A stretch of DNA of 64,000 nucleotides, from NCBI GenBank assembly GCA_036563665.1, contig DATCLY010000043.1:7012-71011 (forward strand), read 5' to 3'. This DNA is from Gammaproteobacteria bacterium (lineage in GTDB: Bacteria > Pseudomonadota > Gammaproteobacteria > Steroidobacterales > Rariloculaceae). Every line of letters begins with the position of its first letter. Within the stretch, counting starts at the first letter, position 1. Made by a program: the position numbers and the translations under genes. This document shows, piece by piece, positions 8,402 to 17,960 of the stretch. Under the pieces are notes generated by a model that was not told the origin of the DNA, searched no databases, and saw nothing but the letters and a program-made list of their open reading frames with translations.

Positions 8402-9409
8402 GTGACCAACATGTGCAACAACAGCGCGGCGATCGGCCGCCTCGGGCAGTGCCGCGGAATGACGCTCGTCGAGCTCATGGTGGCGCTCGCCATCGGCCTG
8501 TTCCTGATGATCGGCGCCATCACCGTTCTGCTGCAGGGCCGCATGACCTTCCGGGTCTCGGAAACGATATCGCGGCTGCAGGAGAACGCCCGCTTCGCGC
8601 TCGACGCCCTCGAGCCCGACATCCGCATGGCGCATTACTGGGGGCTCACGACGCGGCCGCAGAACATCGAAGGGCGCGCGCTGCAGGGCGGCACGGCCTC
8701 CGTGCTGGGGCCGCACGATTGCGGCAACAACTGGCACCTCGACGTCGAGCTCGCCGTGCAAGGCACCGACGGCACCTACACGTGGGCATGCCTCCCGGCC
8801 GTCGGCAACGCCATGGCCGGCGCCGATACGCTCGTCATTCGCCGCGCGAGCCAGAACCCCGTGGTGCCGGCGGCCGGCTGGCTGCACCTGCAATCCGCCC
8901 GCGTCCAGGACTCGAGGATATTCCTCGGCGCGACCGTTCCGGCGGGCTACATCCCGGCCACGTCGCAGACGCACCGGCTCGTCGTCAACGGCTACTACGT
9001 GAGCACCGCGTCCTCGCTCGGCAACACGGTCCCGTCGCTGCGCAGAAAGACGCTCGGCGCCGGCCCCGCCATCCGCGACGAGGAGATCCTGGCGGGCGTC
9101 GAGGACATGCAGATCCAATTCGGCGTGGACACCGATATCGCCGGAGCGGTGAACCGCGGCGTGATCGACCGGTACGTGGATCCGGACGATCCCATCCTCG
9201 ACCGGTCGCACCCGTCGTACATGGAGGATGCCGAGATCCTCGCCGTCCGCATCTGGCTGCGCATTCGTTCGGACCGCCCCGAAACCGGCTACACGGACAC
9301 GGCGACCTACAGCTACGCCGGGCAGAACGTGGGCCCGTTCAACGACGGCTTCCGGCGCCTCGTCGTGTCGAAAACGATCTACCTGCGGAACGCCCGTCCG
9401 CCCATGTAG
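8402..9409 (+). CDS. pilW: Minor pilin PilW
   Basis: CRG|MTLVELMVALAIGL, SRLQENARFAL, DIRMA, GVEDMQIQFGVD and AVRIWLRIRS. Confidence 0.93.
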   Translation: MTNMCNNSAAIGRLGQCRGMTLVELMVALAIGLFLMIGAITVLLQGRMTFRVSETISRLQENARFALDALEPDIRMAHYWGLTTRPQNIEGRALQGGTASVLGPHDCGNNWHLDVELAVQGTDGTYTWACLPAVGNAMAGADTLVIRRASQNPVVPAAGWLHLQSARVQDSRIFLGATVPAGYIPATSQTHRLVVNGYYVSTASSLGNTVPSLRRKTLGAGPAIRDEEILAGVEDMQIQFGVDTDIAGAVNRGVIDRYVDPDDPILDRSHPSYMEDAEILAVRIWLRIRSDRPETGYTDTATYSYAGQNVGPFNDGFRRLVVSKTIYLRNARPPM

Positions 9410-9423
9410 AGGAGTCGAGATCC

Positions 9424-9879
9424 ATGCGACGACATCCCCGCGGCACCCCGCACGGACAGCTTCGGCGACAGACCGGCGCCACGCTGGTCGTCGGGCTCGT
9501 CCTGCTGCTCGTGCTCACGGTCCTCGGCGTCTCCGGCATGAACATGGCGACGCTCGAGATCACGATGGCGAGCAATACCCAGTTCCAGCAGGACGCGTTC
9601 CAGGCCGCCGAGACCGGCATCGACGTGCCGATCGCGCAGCGCAACTTCACGACGTTCGAATCGAGGACGAACGAGGGCACCGTCGGCGACGGCTCCTACG
9701 AGTCGGAGACCGTGTTCGTGGACACCACGCCCGTGCCCGACATCGCGTTCAGCATGGGCACGAGCACCGGAAGCGTCCAAGCGTTTCATTTCAACGTTCG
9801 TTCCGTGGGAACGGGACCGCGGAATGCGGTTTCCACTCACGTGCAGAGCTTTTACATCGTCGGCCCGGGCGGCCCCTGA
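9424..9879 (+). CDS. pilX: Minor pilin PilX
   Basis: QTG|ATLVVGLVLLLVLTVLGVSGM (no Glu5, typical of PilX) and AFQAAETG. ATG 9424 within ORF 8173..9879. Confidence 0.9.
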   Translation: MRRHPRGTPHGQLRRQTGATLVVGLVLLLVLTVLGVSGMNMATLEITMASNTQFQQDAFQAAETGIDVPIAQRNFTTFESRTNEGTVGDGSYESETVFVDTTPVPDIAFSMGTSTGSVQAFHFNVRSVGTGPRNAVSTHVQSFYIVGPGGP

Positions 9880-9901
9880 TCGTAGCTGTGGAGAGGCAAA
9901 G

Positions 9902-10264
9902 ATGAGACGAATGACGCTGGCTGTGGCCGCCGCGTTGCTGTGCGGCGAAGTCTGGGCAGCACGCACGCTCGAGCCGATCGAAGGGGCCCACGAGGTGCGC
10001 CTGACCGATATCGTCCTGCCGCCGGGCCCGGTGGGCTCGCTCATCGTGAGGCCGTGCCCGGAATGCGATCCCGTGTCGCTCCTGGTGGACGGCAACACGA
10101 CGTACTCGCTGGCCGGGCAACCGCCCATCGCGCTGGCCGACTTCACGGTCATCGCGCAGCAGCTCCTGGCGTTGGAGAGCGAAGAAACGAGCTCGAGCGT
10201 GGGGGTGTTCTACTTGCCCGGCTCGATGCGGGCGACTCGGATCGTGCTGTACCCGGCGCGATAG
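9902..10264 (+). CDS. Small secreted protein with CxxC between pilX and pilY1 (possibly PilY2-like)
   Basis: SD GGAGAGG before ATG 9902, signal peptide ending VWA, PCPECDP motif, GC3-rich codon usage. Confidence 0.8.
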   Translation: MRRMTLAVAAALLCGEVWAARTLEPIEGAHEVRLTDIVLPPGPVGSLIVRPCPECDPVSLLVDGNTTYSLAGQPPIALADFTVIAQQLLALESEETSSSVGVFYLPGSMRATRIVLYPAR

Positions 10265-10309
10265 TCGACGTCGCCGGGAGCGCAACGGACTGCTATCGAG
10301 GAATTCCCT

Positions 10310-13300
10310 ATGGAACGCATGACTGCCAAAGTAGCGTCACTGGCCTTGGGCTGCCTCTGGTCGACGGTGGCGATGCTGCCGGCCGTCGCGGAGGACATCG
10401 AGCTGTTCGTCGGCACGACGAACTTCTCGAACTCGGCGCGACCGAACGTCCTGCTGATCCTGGACGACTCGATCAGCATGGACGCCACCCTGATCACGCA
10501 GAACAACTACGATCCGACCAAGACCTACAGCGGTCCGTGCAGCAAGGACTACGTGTACTGGGCTTCCGGGAGCAGCACGACGCCGCCTTCCTGCGGCAGC
10601 AGCAACCGGTTCCGCCTTTCGGACTTGAAGTGCAAGGCCGCGCTCGACGCCTTTGCGGCGCCCGGCGGCGGACTCTACCGCGACATGCTCGCGAGCTACG
10701 ACAGCGGCACGCAAAAGAGGTGGGAAAGCCTCGCGTCGGGCCGGCCGGTGGAATGCAAGGCCGACTGGGGGATCCACGGCGAAACCACGGGCAGCAGCGC
10801 CGTCTATCCCCGTAACGGCAACACCAGCGCGCTATGGACGTCCGGCACCACCAATCGGATAACGTGGGGCCAGAATCCGACCAACACGCACTACTGGATC
10901 TACCACGGCAACTGGCTGAACTGGTATTACAGCCCCGGCACGACGGCGACCCGGCTGCAGGTCGTGAAGGACGTGGCCAACAGCCTGGTGGCTTCGATCG
11001 ACGGCATCAACGTCGGTCTCATGCATTTCAGTCAGACGTCGTCGTCGGGGCCGCACGGCGGGCGCGTCGCGTACGCGATGGAGGACGTGACGACCGCCCG
11101 TTCCGGCATGCAGTCCGCCATCAACGCCTTGACGGCCAGCAAGTGGACGCCGCTGTCCGAGACGCTGTACGAAGCGGCGCTGTACATGCTGGGCAGGCCC
11201 GTCGATCACGGCCTCGCCAACCCGAAGAGCGTGCCCGAGTCGCATTCCGGCGGAACGGCGCCCGTCTATAACTCGCCCATCGACTACTCCTGTCAGAAGA
11301 ACTACATCGTGCTGCTCACCGACGGCGCGCCCACGGGAGACGACGACTCCGACAGCGACATACTCGCGCTGACGGACGCGGAAGGCACGGACTTCCGCAG
11401 CCTGGCGAACATCCCGAGCGGCGGCGTGTGCGATGCCGAGAGCTACGCGGGCATCGACCTGAGCCCGGAACCGGAGGGCGGCGACTGCCTCGACGACCTG
11501 GCCGAGTTCATGTTCAAGGGCGACATGTCGCCGCTGCCCGGCAAGCAGAACGTCGTGACGCACGTCGTCGGCTTCGCCCTGGAGGACCGTAACGGTCAGG
11601 TCGTGAGGCTGCCGGTGCTGCTCGATACGGCGCAGCGCGGCGGCGGCAAGTACTACGAGGCCGTCGACAGCGCCTCGCTGTTCACGACCTTGACCGGCAT
11701 CGTCACGGAGATCCTGCAGACGCAGTCGACCTTCACCTCGCCTGCCGTGTCGGTGAACAGCTTCAACCGCACGCAGAACCTCAACGACCTCTACATCACG
11801 CTGTTCGAGCCGTCCGGCACGGAGCACTGGCCCGGCAACCTCAAGAAGTTCCGCCTGCGTCCGTCCGATGCGGCCATCGTCGACGCGACCGGAAAGCCGG
11901 CGGTCGACCCGGCGACGGGCTTCTTCATCGCCGACTCCCAGAGCCTCTGGGCCGACACCCCGGACGGACAGGACATCAAGGACGCCGGCGCGGCCCACAG
12001 GATCCCGGCCGCGCGCAAGGTGTACACCCATCTGGTCGGCACCGACCTCACGGCCGACGAGAATCGAGTCTCCCTCGACAACATGGACCTCGACGACGGG
12101 CTGTTGAACACCGGCGATCCCGACCAGCCGACGCGCGAGCAGGTAATCAACTTCATCAACGGCCTCGATGCGTCGGACATCGACAACGACGGCGACGTGA
12201 CGGAGCGGCGCAATCAGATGGGAGATCCGCTGCACTCGCAGCCTGCGTCCGTCGTCTACGGACCCACCGTCGACGATGCGATCATCTTCGTCGCCACCAA
12301 CGACGGCTTCCTGCATGCGATCAATGCCCAGGACGGCGTCGAGCGTTGGGCGTTCCTGCCGCCGGAGTTCCTCAAGCAGCAGGTGAACCTGTTCCTCGAC
12401 CAGACCACGCCCATCAAGACGTACGGCATCGACGGCAACGTTCGCGTGCAGGTGCTGGGCAACAACGACGGCGTGATAGACCCGGACGCCGGCGAACGGG
12501 TGTTGCTGTTCTTCGGCATGCGGCGCGGCGAGCACGTCTACTACGGCCTCGACGTCACGAACCCCGATGCGCCGCAATTCCTGTGGCGGCATGACGAGTC
12601 GACGCTCCCCGGCCTCGGGCAGACCTGGTCTTCGCCGGCCCCCACTCGGATCGAAGTGGACGGCTCGGGCCAGAACGAGCACCACCTGGTGGTGGTGCTC
12701 GGCGGCGGTTACGAGCCGGACCAGGACAACTCGGCGGCCAGCACGGACACCGTTGGCAACTCGATCTACATCGTCGACTCCATCAACGGCACGCTGCTCT
12801 GGCACGGCAGCAAGGACGGCCGCGATGCCGATTTCGACCAGAGCGGCAAGAGCATGGACTACTCCATTCCCGCCGACGTCAAGGTCGTGGACTTCGACGG
12901 CGACGGCTATGCCGACCGGATGTACGCGGCCGACATGGGCGGCCAGATCTGGCGCTTCGACGTCTACAACGGCCAGTCGGCGGCCAACCTCGTCACCGGC
13001 GGCGTCATCGCCCAGCTCGGCGCCGCCCCCGCGGCCTCGCCGGCGCTCGCCGACGTGCGGCGCTTCTACTATTCGCCCGACGTCGCGCTCGTGAGCACCT
13101 CGGACGTCCGTTTCATCCACATCGGCATCGGCTCCGGGCACAGGCCTCACCCCCTGAGCAAGGAGAATGCCGACCGGTTCTACGCGCTGCGCGACTTCAA
13201 CGCCCTACGCAAGCTCACGCAGACGGAGTACAACGCGATCACGCCCATCACGGAAGATGATCTCGACATCATCACCGGTGTCAACACGACCGTGGCGAAC

Positions 13301-13741
13301 AACTCGGCCGGGTGGATGCTCCAGCTCGACGCCGCGGCCGGCGAGAAGGTGCTCGCCGAAGCCAGGACGTTCAACAACCAGGTGTTCTTCACGACGTTCA
13401 CTCCGAGCGCGGGTCCCGGCGCAGACCCCTGCGCGCCCACGCTCGGCACGAGCCGCCTGTACGTCGTGAGCCTGTTCGACGCCGCCCCGGTCACGAACCT
13501 CGATGGCTCGGTCGATGATTCGAACCTGACCGAAACCGACCGGTACGTCGAGTTCGGCGGCTCGATCGCGGCCGAGGTCGTGTTCCTGTTCCCGTCGCCG
13601 GAGGATCCGCAGAACTGCACGGGCAGCGAATGCACTCCGCCGCCCGTGGCCTGCGTCGACCTGTTCTGCATGCCGACGGGCTTCGCGAACAACCCCGTGC
13701 GCACGTTCTGGCGTCAGGAGAGCGTCGACAGTTTCGACTGA
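10310..13741 (+). CDS. pilY1: Type IV pilus tip adhesin PilY1 (vWA plus beta-propeller)
   Basis: Signal peptide, RPNVLLILDDSISM (MIDAS), TPLSETLYEA, YIVLLTDGAP, GDPLHSQP, TNDGFLHAI, Ca-loop DFDGDGYADRMYAADMGGQIWRFD. Confidence 0.95.
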   Translation: MERMTAKVASLALGCLWSTVAMLPAVAEDIELFVGTTNFSNSARPNVLLILDDSISMDATLITQNNYDPTKTYSGPCSKDYVYWASGSSTTPPSCGSSNRFRLSDLKCKAALDAFAAPGGGLYRDMLASYDSGTQKRWESLASGRPVECKADWGIHGETTGSSAVYPRNGNTSALWTSGTTNRITWGQNPTNTHYWIYHGNWLNWYYSPGTTATRLQVVKDVANSLVASIDGINVGLMHFSQTSSSGPHGGRVAYAMEDVTTARSGMQSAINALTASKWTPLSETLYEAALYMLGRPVDHGLANPKSVPESHSGGTAPVYNSPIDYSCQKNYIVLLTDGAPTGDDDSDSDILALTDAEGTDFRSLANIPSGGVCDAESYAGIDLSPEPEGGDCLDDLAEFMFKGDMSPLPGKQNVVTHVVGFALEDRNGQVVRLPVLLDTAQRGGGKYYEAVDSASLFTTLTGIVTEILQTQSTFTSPAVSVNSFNRTQNLNDLYITLFEPSGTEHWPGNLKKFRLRPSDAAIVDATGKPAVDPATGFFIADSQSLWADTPDGQDIKDAGAAHRIPAARKVYTHLVGTDLTADENRVSLDNMDLDDGLLNTGDPDQPTREQVINFINGLDASDIDNDGDVTERRNQMGDPLHSQPASVVYGPTVDDAIIFVATNDGFLHAINAQDGVERWAFLPPEFLKQQVNLFLDQTTPIKTYGIDGNVRVQVLGNNDGVIDPDAGERVLLFFGMRRGEHVYYGLDVTNPDAPQFLWRHDESTLPGLGQTWSSPAPTRIEVDGSGQNEHHLVVVLGGGYEPDQDNSAASTDTVGNSIYIVDSINGTLLWHGSKDGRDADFDQSGKSMDYSIPADVKVVDFDGDGYADRMYAADMGGQIWRFDVYNGQSAANLVTGGVIAQLGAAPAASPALADVRRFYYSPDVALVSTSDVRFIHIGIGSGHRPHPLSKENADRFYALRDFNALRKLTQTEYNAITPITEDDLDIITGVNTTVANNSAGWMLQLDAAAGEKVLAEARTFNNQVFFTTFTPSAGPGADPCAPTLGTSRLYVVSLFDAAPVTNLDGSVDDSNLTETDRYVEFGGSIAAEVVFLFPSPEDPQNCTGSECTPPPVACVDLFCMPTGFANNPVRTFWRQESVDSFD

Positions 13742-13762
13742 TGACGCTCGACGACCAAGGAA

Positions 13763-14212
13763 ATGCCTGAGATGGTGGTCAGTATGGATATTGCCAACGT
13801 CTTCCGCGGCAACCGCCGCCGCATGGCAGGCGTCACGCTGCTCGAGCTCATGATCGTGGTGGTGGTGGTTTCGCTGCTCGCCACGATCGCCATCCCGAGT
13901 TACCGCCAGTACGCCATTCGCGCGCAGCGAACGGAGGCGAAGTCGGCGCTGCTCCAGCTCGCGGCCAATCAGGAGCGCTACTACACGAGCAACGGCAACA
14001 CGTTCGTGAACGACCTGGCGCGCATCAACATGCCGGCGACGACGGAGGGCAACCGGTACGCCCTGGCAGTCACCCATGCGGACACCACGTCGTTCACCGC
14101 GACGGCCACGGCCATCAACGGAATGACGGACGACGACGAATGTCAGGTGTTCCAGATCGATTCCGAGGGACGGCGCTCCGCCTCACCGGATCCGCGCGGC
14201 ACCTGCTGGTAG
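13763..14212 (+). CDS. pilE: Minor pilin PilE
   Basis: MAG|VTLLELMIVVVVVSLLATIAIPSYRQY, RTEAKSALL, QERYY, C-terminal Cys pair ending CW. Confidence 0.92.
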   Translation: MPEMVVSMDIANVFRGNRRRMAGVTLLELMIVVVVVSLLATIAIPSYRQYAIRAQRTEAKSALLQLAANQERYYTSNGNTFVNDLARINMPATTEGNRYALAVTHADTTSFTATATAINGMTDDDECQVFQIDSEGRRSASPDPRGTCW

Positions 14213-14351
14213 CCCGGGGCCCGTTCCGCGCCGGCCGCGCGGGATCCGGCGGGCCTCCACTCCGCTGAGCTGACGGCGCGCGGCTTCCACGCCCCGAGGG
14301 CACGGCCGGCGAGCGCCCGGGCGGCAGCCCGCGCCGTGTACACTGCGCGCC

Positions 14352-14894
14352 ATGCTCACCCGGCGCGACAACGTCTATCTCGTGGGCCCCATGGGCTCCG
14401 GCAAGACCGCGGTCGGCCGAGAGCTCGCGCGGCTCCTCGGCAAGCGGTTCTGCGACAGCGACGCGGAGATCGAGCGCCGCACCGGGGTGGACATCCCGTT
14501 CATCTTCGAGAAGGAAGGCGAGCCCGGCTTCCGGGAGCGGGAGCGCGAGGTGATCGCCGACCTCTGCGCGCTGACCGGGATCGTGCTCGCCACGGGGGGC
14601 GGCGCGGTGCTCCATCCGGACAACCGCCAACGGCTCGTCGCGAACGGGGTCGTCGTGTACCTGCGGGCCACCGTGGACGAGCAGCTCAAGCGCACGCGCC
14701 GCGCCAGGAACCGCCCGCTGCTCGCGACCGAGAACCCGCGCGCCGTGCTGGAACGCCTCATGGCGATCCGCGGCCCGCTCTACGAGGAGATCGCCGATCT
14801 CACGGTGGACACCACCGGCCGGCAGGTCAGGAACGTGGCCGCCACCGTCCGCAAGCTGCTCGACGAGCATCGCGCCGCTCCGTTGCAAAGTTAG
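14352..14894 (+). CDS. aroK: Shikimate kinase
   Basis: [11 protein letters not shown]-loop, [23 protein letters not shown] and [10 protein letters not shown]. Confidence 0.97.
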   Translation: MLTRRDNVYLVGPMGSGKTAVGRELARLLGKRFCDSDAEIERRTGVDIPFIFEKEGEPGFREREREVIADLCALTGIVLATGGGAVLHPDNRQRLVANGVVVYLRATVDEQLKRTRRARNRPLLATENPRAVLERLMAIRGPLYEEIADLTVDTTGRQVRNVAATVRKLLDEHRAAPLQS

Positions 14895-14918
14895 AGCGCC
14901 CCTGCGAACCTTCGCCGC

Positions 14919-15995
14919 GTGGACACGGTCGACGTTCGCCTCGGAGAGCGCAGCTACACCATCCGCATCGGCCCGGGGCTGCTGCGGGACGCCGCCGTGC
15001 TCGGCGACGCCGTGCGGGCCCGCCAGGTGCTCGTGGTCAGCAACGACGTCGTCGCTCCCCTCTATCTCGGCCTCGTCGAGCGCGCCCTGGCGGGCCGCGA
15101 GCTCCGCACGCTGATCCTGCCGGACGGCGAGCAGCACAAGACGCTCGCCACCTTCGAGCGCATCGTCGACGAGCTGATCGACGCCCGCTTCCACCGCGAC
15201 GCCTGTCTCGTGGCCCTGGGCGGCGGCGTGGTGGGCGACGTGACCGGCTTCGCGGCCGCCTGCTTCCAGCGCGGGGTGGACTTCGTGCAGGTGCCGACCA
15301 CGCTCCTCGCGCAGGTCGATTCCTCCGTCGGCGGCAAGACGGCGGTCAATCACCCGCGGGCGAAAAACATGATCGGCGCGTTCCACCAGCCCGTGGCCGT
15401 GATCGCGGACACCGACGTGCTGCGCACGCTGCCGGCGCGCGAGCTCGCGGCGGGCCTCGCGGAGGTGGTGAAGTACGGCCTGATCCTCGACGAGAAGCTG
15501 TTCGCCTGGCTCGAGGAGCGCGTCGACGACCTCCGGGCCCTCGACGGGCAGGCTCTCACCTTCGCCGTGCGGCGCAGCTGCGAGATCAAGGCGGAGGTGG
15601 TGGGCGGCGACGAGCGCGAGCACGGCCGGCGCGCGCTGCTCAATCTCGGCCACACGTTCGGCCACGCGCTCGAGGCGCTCGGCGACTACCGGCGCTGGCT
15701 GCACGGCGAGGCCGTGGCGATCGGCCTCTCGCTCGCGGGCCGCACGTCGGCCGCGCTCGGCTGGCTCGGCGAGGGCGACTGCGAGCGGATCGAGGCCCTG
15801 CTCGAGCGCTGCGGGTTGCCGGTCCGCGCGAGCGGCATCGACCCGGACGCGCTGCTCGAGCGGATGTCGCTCGACAAGAAGGCCCGCCAGGGCGGGCTCA
15901 AGATGGTGCTCCTCGAACGGATCGGGCGGGCCGTGGTGACGGATGCGCCGCCCCGCGAGCTGCTCGCGCGGGTGGCGGAGGAGAGGCTCCGCTGA
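14919..15995 (+). CDS. aroB: 3-dehydroquinate synthase
   Basis: [43 protein letters not shown] and [11 protein letters not shown]. Confidence 0.98.
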   Translation: MDTVDVRLGERSYTIRIGPGLLRDAAVLGDAVRARQVLVVSNDVVAPLYLGLVERALAGRELRTLILPDGEQHKTLATFERIVDELIDARFHRDACLVALGGGVVGDVTGFAAACFQRGVDFVQVPTTLLAQVDSSVGGKTAVNHPRAKNMIGAFHQPVAVIADTDVLRTLPARELAAGLAEVVKYGLILDEKLFAWLEERVDDLRALDGQALTFAVRRSCEIKAEVVGGDEREHGRRALLNLGHTFGHALEALGDYRRWLHGEAVAIGLSLAGRTSAALGWLGEGDCERIEALLERCGLPVRASGIDPDALLERMSLDKKARQGGLKMVLLERIGRAVVTDAPPRELLARVAEERLR

Positions 15996-17143
15996 CGCTC
16001 GCGCTCGCAGAGCTTGCGCCTTACGCCGCGCGCAGCGAGACGAGCCGCGGCCGGCGGTACCCCGAGGAGCCGCCGGCGTACCGCACCGAGTTCCAGCGCG
16101 ACCGCGACCGCATCATCCATTCCACGGCCTTCCGGCGCCTGCTCTACAAGACGCAGGTGTTCGTCAACCACGAAGGCGACCTCTACCGCACGCGCCTCAC
16201 CCACTCCCTGGAAGTCGCGCAGATCGCGCGCACCGTGGCGCGGGCGCTCAGGCTCAACGAGGACCTGGTCGAGGCGATCAGCCTCGCCCACGACCTGGGC
16301 CACACCCCGTTCGGCCACGCGGGCCAGGACGCTCTGAACGAGTGCATGCGCGACTTCGGCGGGTTCGAGCACAACCTGCAGTCGCTGCGCGTGGTGGACG
16401 AGCTCGAGGAGCGCTACGCCGCCTTCCCCGGCCTCAACCTCACGTTCGAGACCCGCGAGGGGATCCTCAAGCATTGCTCGCTCAAGAACGCCCGCGAGCT
16501 CGGCGACGTGGGCCTGCGCTTCATCGAGCGGCGCCAGCCGGGGCTCGAGGCGCAGATCGCCAACATCGCGGACGAGATCGCCTACAACAACCACGACGTG
16601 GACGACGGCCTGCGCGCCGGCCTCATCACGCTCGAGCAGCTCGCCGAGATCCCGTTCTTCGCGGAGCAGCTGGCGCGGGTGGAGAAGCTCTACCCGGGCA
16701 TCGATCCGCAGCTCAAGGGCCGCGAGGTGGTGCGGCGCATGATCGACGCGCTCGTCACGGACCTCTACCACGCGAGCGCGCGCGCCATCGAGGCCGCGGC
16801 GCCGGCCGACATCGACGCGGTGCGCGCGCAGCCCGCGCCGCTCATCCGCTTCAGCGAGGAGTACCTGGACGCGCAGCGGACGCTCAAGCGCTTCCTGCAC
16901 GAGCGGCTCTACAAGCACCCGCACGTGCGCGAGATGACGGAGCGTGCGCACGTGACGATCCGGGAGCTGTTCGACGCGTTCCTCGCCGACTACGACCGCA
17001 TGCCCCCGAGCCACGCGGCGCGGGCACGCGAGCGGGAGCGCGAGCTCGGCACGGCCGGCGCGGCGCGCGTGGTCGCCGACTACATCGCCGGCATGACCGA
17101 CCGCTTCGCCCTGCAAACCCACGCGGCCCTTCACGGCGCGTAG
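15992..17143 (+). CDS. dgt: Deoxyguanosinetriphosphate triphosphohydrolase-like HD-domain protein (probable CTG start)
   Basis: [64 protein letters not shown] and [11 protein letters not shown]. No in-frame ATG/GTG/TTG near the homologous N-terminus; CTG at 15992 follows GGAGG and overlaps the aroB TGA. Confidence 0.93.
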   Translation: MTLALAELAPYAARSETSRGRRYPEEPPAYRTEFQRDRDRIIHSTAFRRLLYKTQVFVNHEGDLYRTRLTHSLEVAQIARTVARALRLNEDLVEAISLAHDLGHTPFGHAGQDALNECMRDFGGFEHNLQSLRVVDELEERYAAFPGLNLTFETREGILKHCSLKNARELGDVGLRFIERRQPGLEAQIANIADEIAYNNHDVDDGLRAGLITLEQLAEIPFFAEQLARVEKLYPGIDPQLKGREVVRRMIDALVTDLYHASARAIEAAAPADIDAVRAQPAPLIRFSEEYLDAQRTLKRFLHERLYKHPHVREMTERAHVTIRELFDAFLADYDRMPPSHAARARERERELGTAGAARVVADYIAGMTDRFALQTHAALHGA

Positions 17144-17145
17144 GA

Positions 17146-17215
17146 ATCGCGGCTGGAAAGCCGCTCCCACAGGCTTCGTTCGACGCCCGGGCGGGAGCGG
17201 CTTTCCAGCCGCGAT
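17146..17215. repeat. REP doublet (REPIN-like): two inverted 25-nt GTGG-type palindromic units
   Basis: ATCGCGGCTGGAAAGCCGCTCCCAC (17146-17170) and GCGGGAGCGGCTTTCCAGCCGCGAT (17191-17215) are reverse complements with one mismatch. Each has an internal GCGGCT/AGCCGC stem. Confidence 0.85.
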
Positions 17216-17237
17216 CTTCTCTCTCTAGAATGCGCTG

Positions 17238-17960
17238 GTGTCACCGATGCCCGCCCACGACATCCCCGCCCGCGAGCGGTTGATCTTCGCGCTCGACGTG
17301 CCGAGCTTCGCGGCGGCCCGCCCGCTCGTCGAGCGGCTCGGCGACGCCGTCCAGTTCTACAAGATCGGGCTCGAGCTCGCCATGTCGGGCGAGTACTTCG
17401 ACCTCATGCGGTGGCTCATCGAGCGCGACAAGAAAGTGTTCGCGGACGTGAAGCTGTACGACATCCCGGCCACGGTCGCGAGGGCCGTGCGTCAGCTCGC
17501 GCGCAGCGGCGCCACCTTCTGCACCGTGCACGGCGAGCGCGGCGTCACCGAGGCCGCGGCCGCGGAGAAGGGCGACACGCTCAAGATCCTCGCCGTCACC
17601 GTGCTCACGAGCGTCGAGCAACGCGACCTCGAGCAGGTGGGCATCACGGCCGATCTCGCCACGCTCGCCATGCGGCGCGCGGAGGTGGCCGTCGCGAGCG
17701 GCTGCGACGGCGTGATCGCCTCCGGCCACGAGGCGGCGGCGCTGCGCGCGCGGCTCGGGCCCGGGCCGCTGATCGTCACGCCGGGCATCCGGCCCGCCGC
17801 GCAGCGCGGCACCGACGACCAGAAGCGCGTCATGGGGCCCGCCGAGGCGCTGCGGGCCGGCGCGGACTACATCGTGGTGGGCCGCCCCATCCGAGACGCC
17901 GCCGATCCCTACGCCGCCGCCGTCGCCATCCAGGACGAGATCGCCGCCGCCGTCGCATGA
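17238..17960 (+). CDS. pyrF: Orotidine-5'-phosphate decarboxylase
   Basis: LIFALDV, YKIGLEL, DVKLYDIPATV, AVTVLTS, IVTPGIRP and DYIVVGRPI. Start GTG 17238 or ATG 17247. Confidence 0.97.
   Translation: MSPMPAHDIPARERLIFALDVPSFAAARPLVERLGDAVQFYKIGLELAMSGEYFDLMRWLIERDKKVFADVKLYDIPATVARAVRQLARSGATFCTVHGERGVTEAAAAEKGDTLKILAVTVLTSVEQRDLEQVGITADLATLAMRRAEVAVASGCDGVIASGHEAAALRARLGPGPLIVTPGIRPAAQRGTDDQKRVMGPAEALRAGADYIVVGRPIRDAADPYAAAVAIQDEIAAAVA

Noticed and set aside
13830-13850. PilE with Val, PilW with Met and PilX with Ala at +1 instead of Phe
   Set aside because: Variation at +1, and lack of Glu5 in PilX, is normal for minor pilins.
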